DNA of 64,000 nucleotides from an uncultured Acidimicrobiia bacterium (GTDB lineage Bacteria; Actinomycetota; Acidimicrobiia; Spongiisociales; UBA11373): NCBI GenBank assembly GCA_964633975.1, contig CAZWKX010000002.1, positions 18,296 to 82,295 of the forward strand, read 5' to 3'. Shown piece by piece: positions 63,639 to 64,000 of this stretch (position 1 is its first letter; each line of letters starts with the position of its first letter). The notes under the pieces were generated by a model. It saw only the letters and a program-made list of their open reading frames with translations, ran no database searches and was not told where the DNA came from. The position numbers and the translations under genes were made by a program.

Positions 63639-64000
63639 TCAACCGCCGGTGGCTCGTCTCCCCAGCTCTCGAGACCGCTCGGCCGCGGCCCGCACCGCGT
63701 CCTCGACGAGGGCGCGGAAGCCGTGTTCCTCGAGGACGTGCATAGCGGCCGCCGTCGTCCCTCCCGGCGATGTCACCTGCGCCCGCAGCTGCTCCGGTGA
63801 GTCCTCGAGGCCGGCCAGCAAGATGCCGGCGCCTCGCACCGTCTGCTCGACGAGCCGCTCGGCGGCGTGGCGGGGAAGCCCTTCCCTGATGGCGGCCTCG
63901 ATCAGCGCCTCGGCCAGCAGGAAGACATAGGCGGGCCCCGTACCGGACACTGCGGTGACCGCATCGAGGAGGTGCTCGTCGAGCACGATCGTCTGCCCAA
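63639..64000 (-). CDS. proC: Pyrroline-5-carboxylate reductase, C-terminal part (gene continues beyond the window end)
   Basis: ..LDAVTAVSGTGPAYVFLLAEAL..VTSPGGTTAAAM is the ProC dimerisation-domain signature. The frame stays open to position 64000. Confidence 0.8.
   Translation of the reverse strand, partial: GQTIVLDEHLLDAVTAVSGTGPAYVFLLAEALIEAAIREGLPRHAAERLVEQTVRGAGILLAGLEDSPEQLRAQVTSPGGTTAAAMHVLEEHGFRALVEDAVRAAAERSRELGRRATGG

Noticed and set aside
1-64000. CRISPR arrays, rRNA, tRNA, IS elements and integrases
   Set aside because: No direct-repeat/spacer periodicity, no rRNA-like conserved blocks, no cloverleaf-compatible sequences ending near CCA in any intergenic gap, and no transposase or integrase-like ORF. 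The only mobile-element-like gene is a lone Xis-type HTH (47809..48033) without a partner integrase.

Overview
This is a high-GC (~70%), gene-dense chromosomal window that looks actinobacterial; strong antisense 'shadow' ORFs account for most of the long Arg/Pro-rich ORFs in the track. Coordinates are 1-based in the window.

What I can support:
- 1-7.6 kb: an eight-gene, translationally coupled de novo purine operon on the minus strand, in the order purD-purE-purC-purS-purQ-purL-purF-purM (purM runs off the window start).
- 7.9-11.3 kb: a three-subunit molybdenum hydroxylase of the xanthine dehydrogenase / CO dehydrogenase family (FAD, 2Fe-2S and Mo subunits), divergently transcribed from the purine operon.
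- 11.4-18 kb: inositol-3-phosphate synthase, a decayed GNAT gene, a MerR + GyrI-like drug-sensing pair, a GNAT fused to a thioredoxin-like domain, and a methionine-gamma-lyase-family PLP enzyme.
- 18-34 kb: a DNA glycosylase, secreted/lipoprotein beta-propeller proteins (PQQ sugar dehydrogenase, TolB-like), a THEP1-type NTPase, LysE, GDP-mannose 4,6-dehydratase, a ThiF/MoeB E1-like enzyme next to a JAMM metalloprotease, MFS, PhoH2 and gpsA.
- 30.3-33.3 kb: two tandem paralogous secreted M23-peptidase::RTX-repeat proteins.
- 34.6-35.7 kb: selD read through an in-frame UGA (selenocysteine) with a SECIS-like hairpin directly downstream; automated callers will truncate this gene.
- 36-64 kb: mgtE, glnE, an M20 amidohydrolase, a Thermotoga-type DAHP synthase, a MocA-like nucleotidyltransferase, an eRF1/Vms1-like (baeRF) protein, ald, a GGDEF cyclase, a CpaE/TadZ-like pseudo-ATPase, ABC-2 exporter, CPA2 antiporter + TrkA/Usp regulator, an orphan beta-class DNA methyltransferase, an Fe-S reductase, a PspA module, and proC (partial at the window end).

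No rRNA, tRNA or CRISPR array was found.

The most notable items are the UGA-containing selD, the M23::RTX tandem pair, the JAMM + E1 pair with no visible ubiquitin-like carrier, the baeRF/Vms1-like protein next to MocA, and the orphan methyltransferase.
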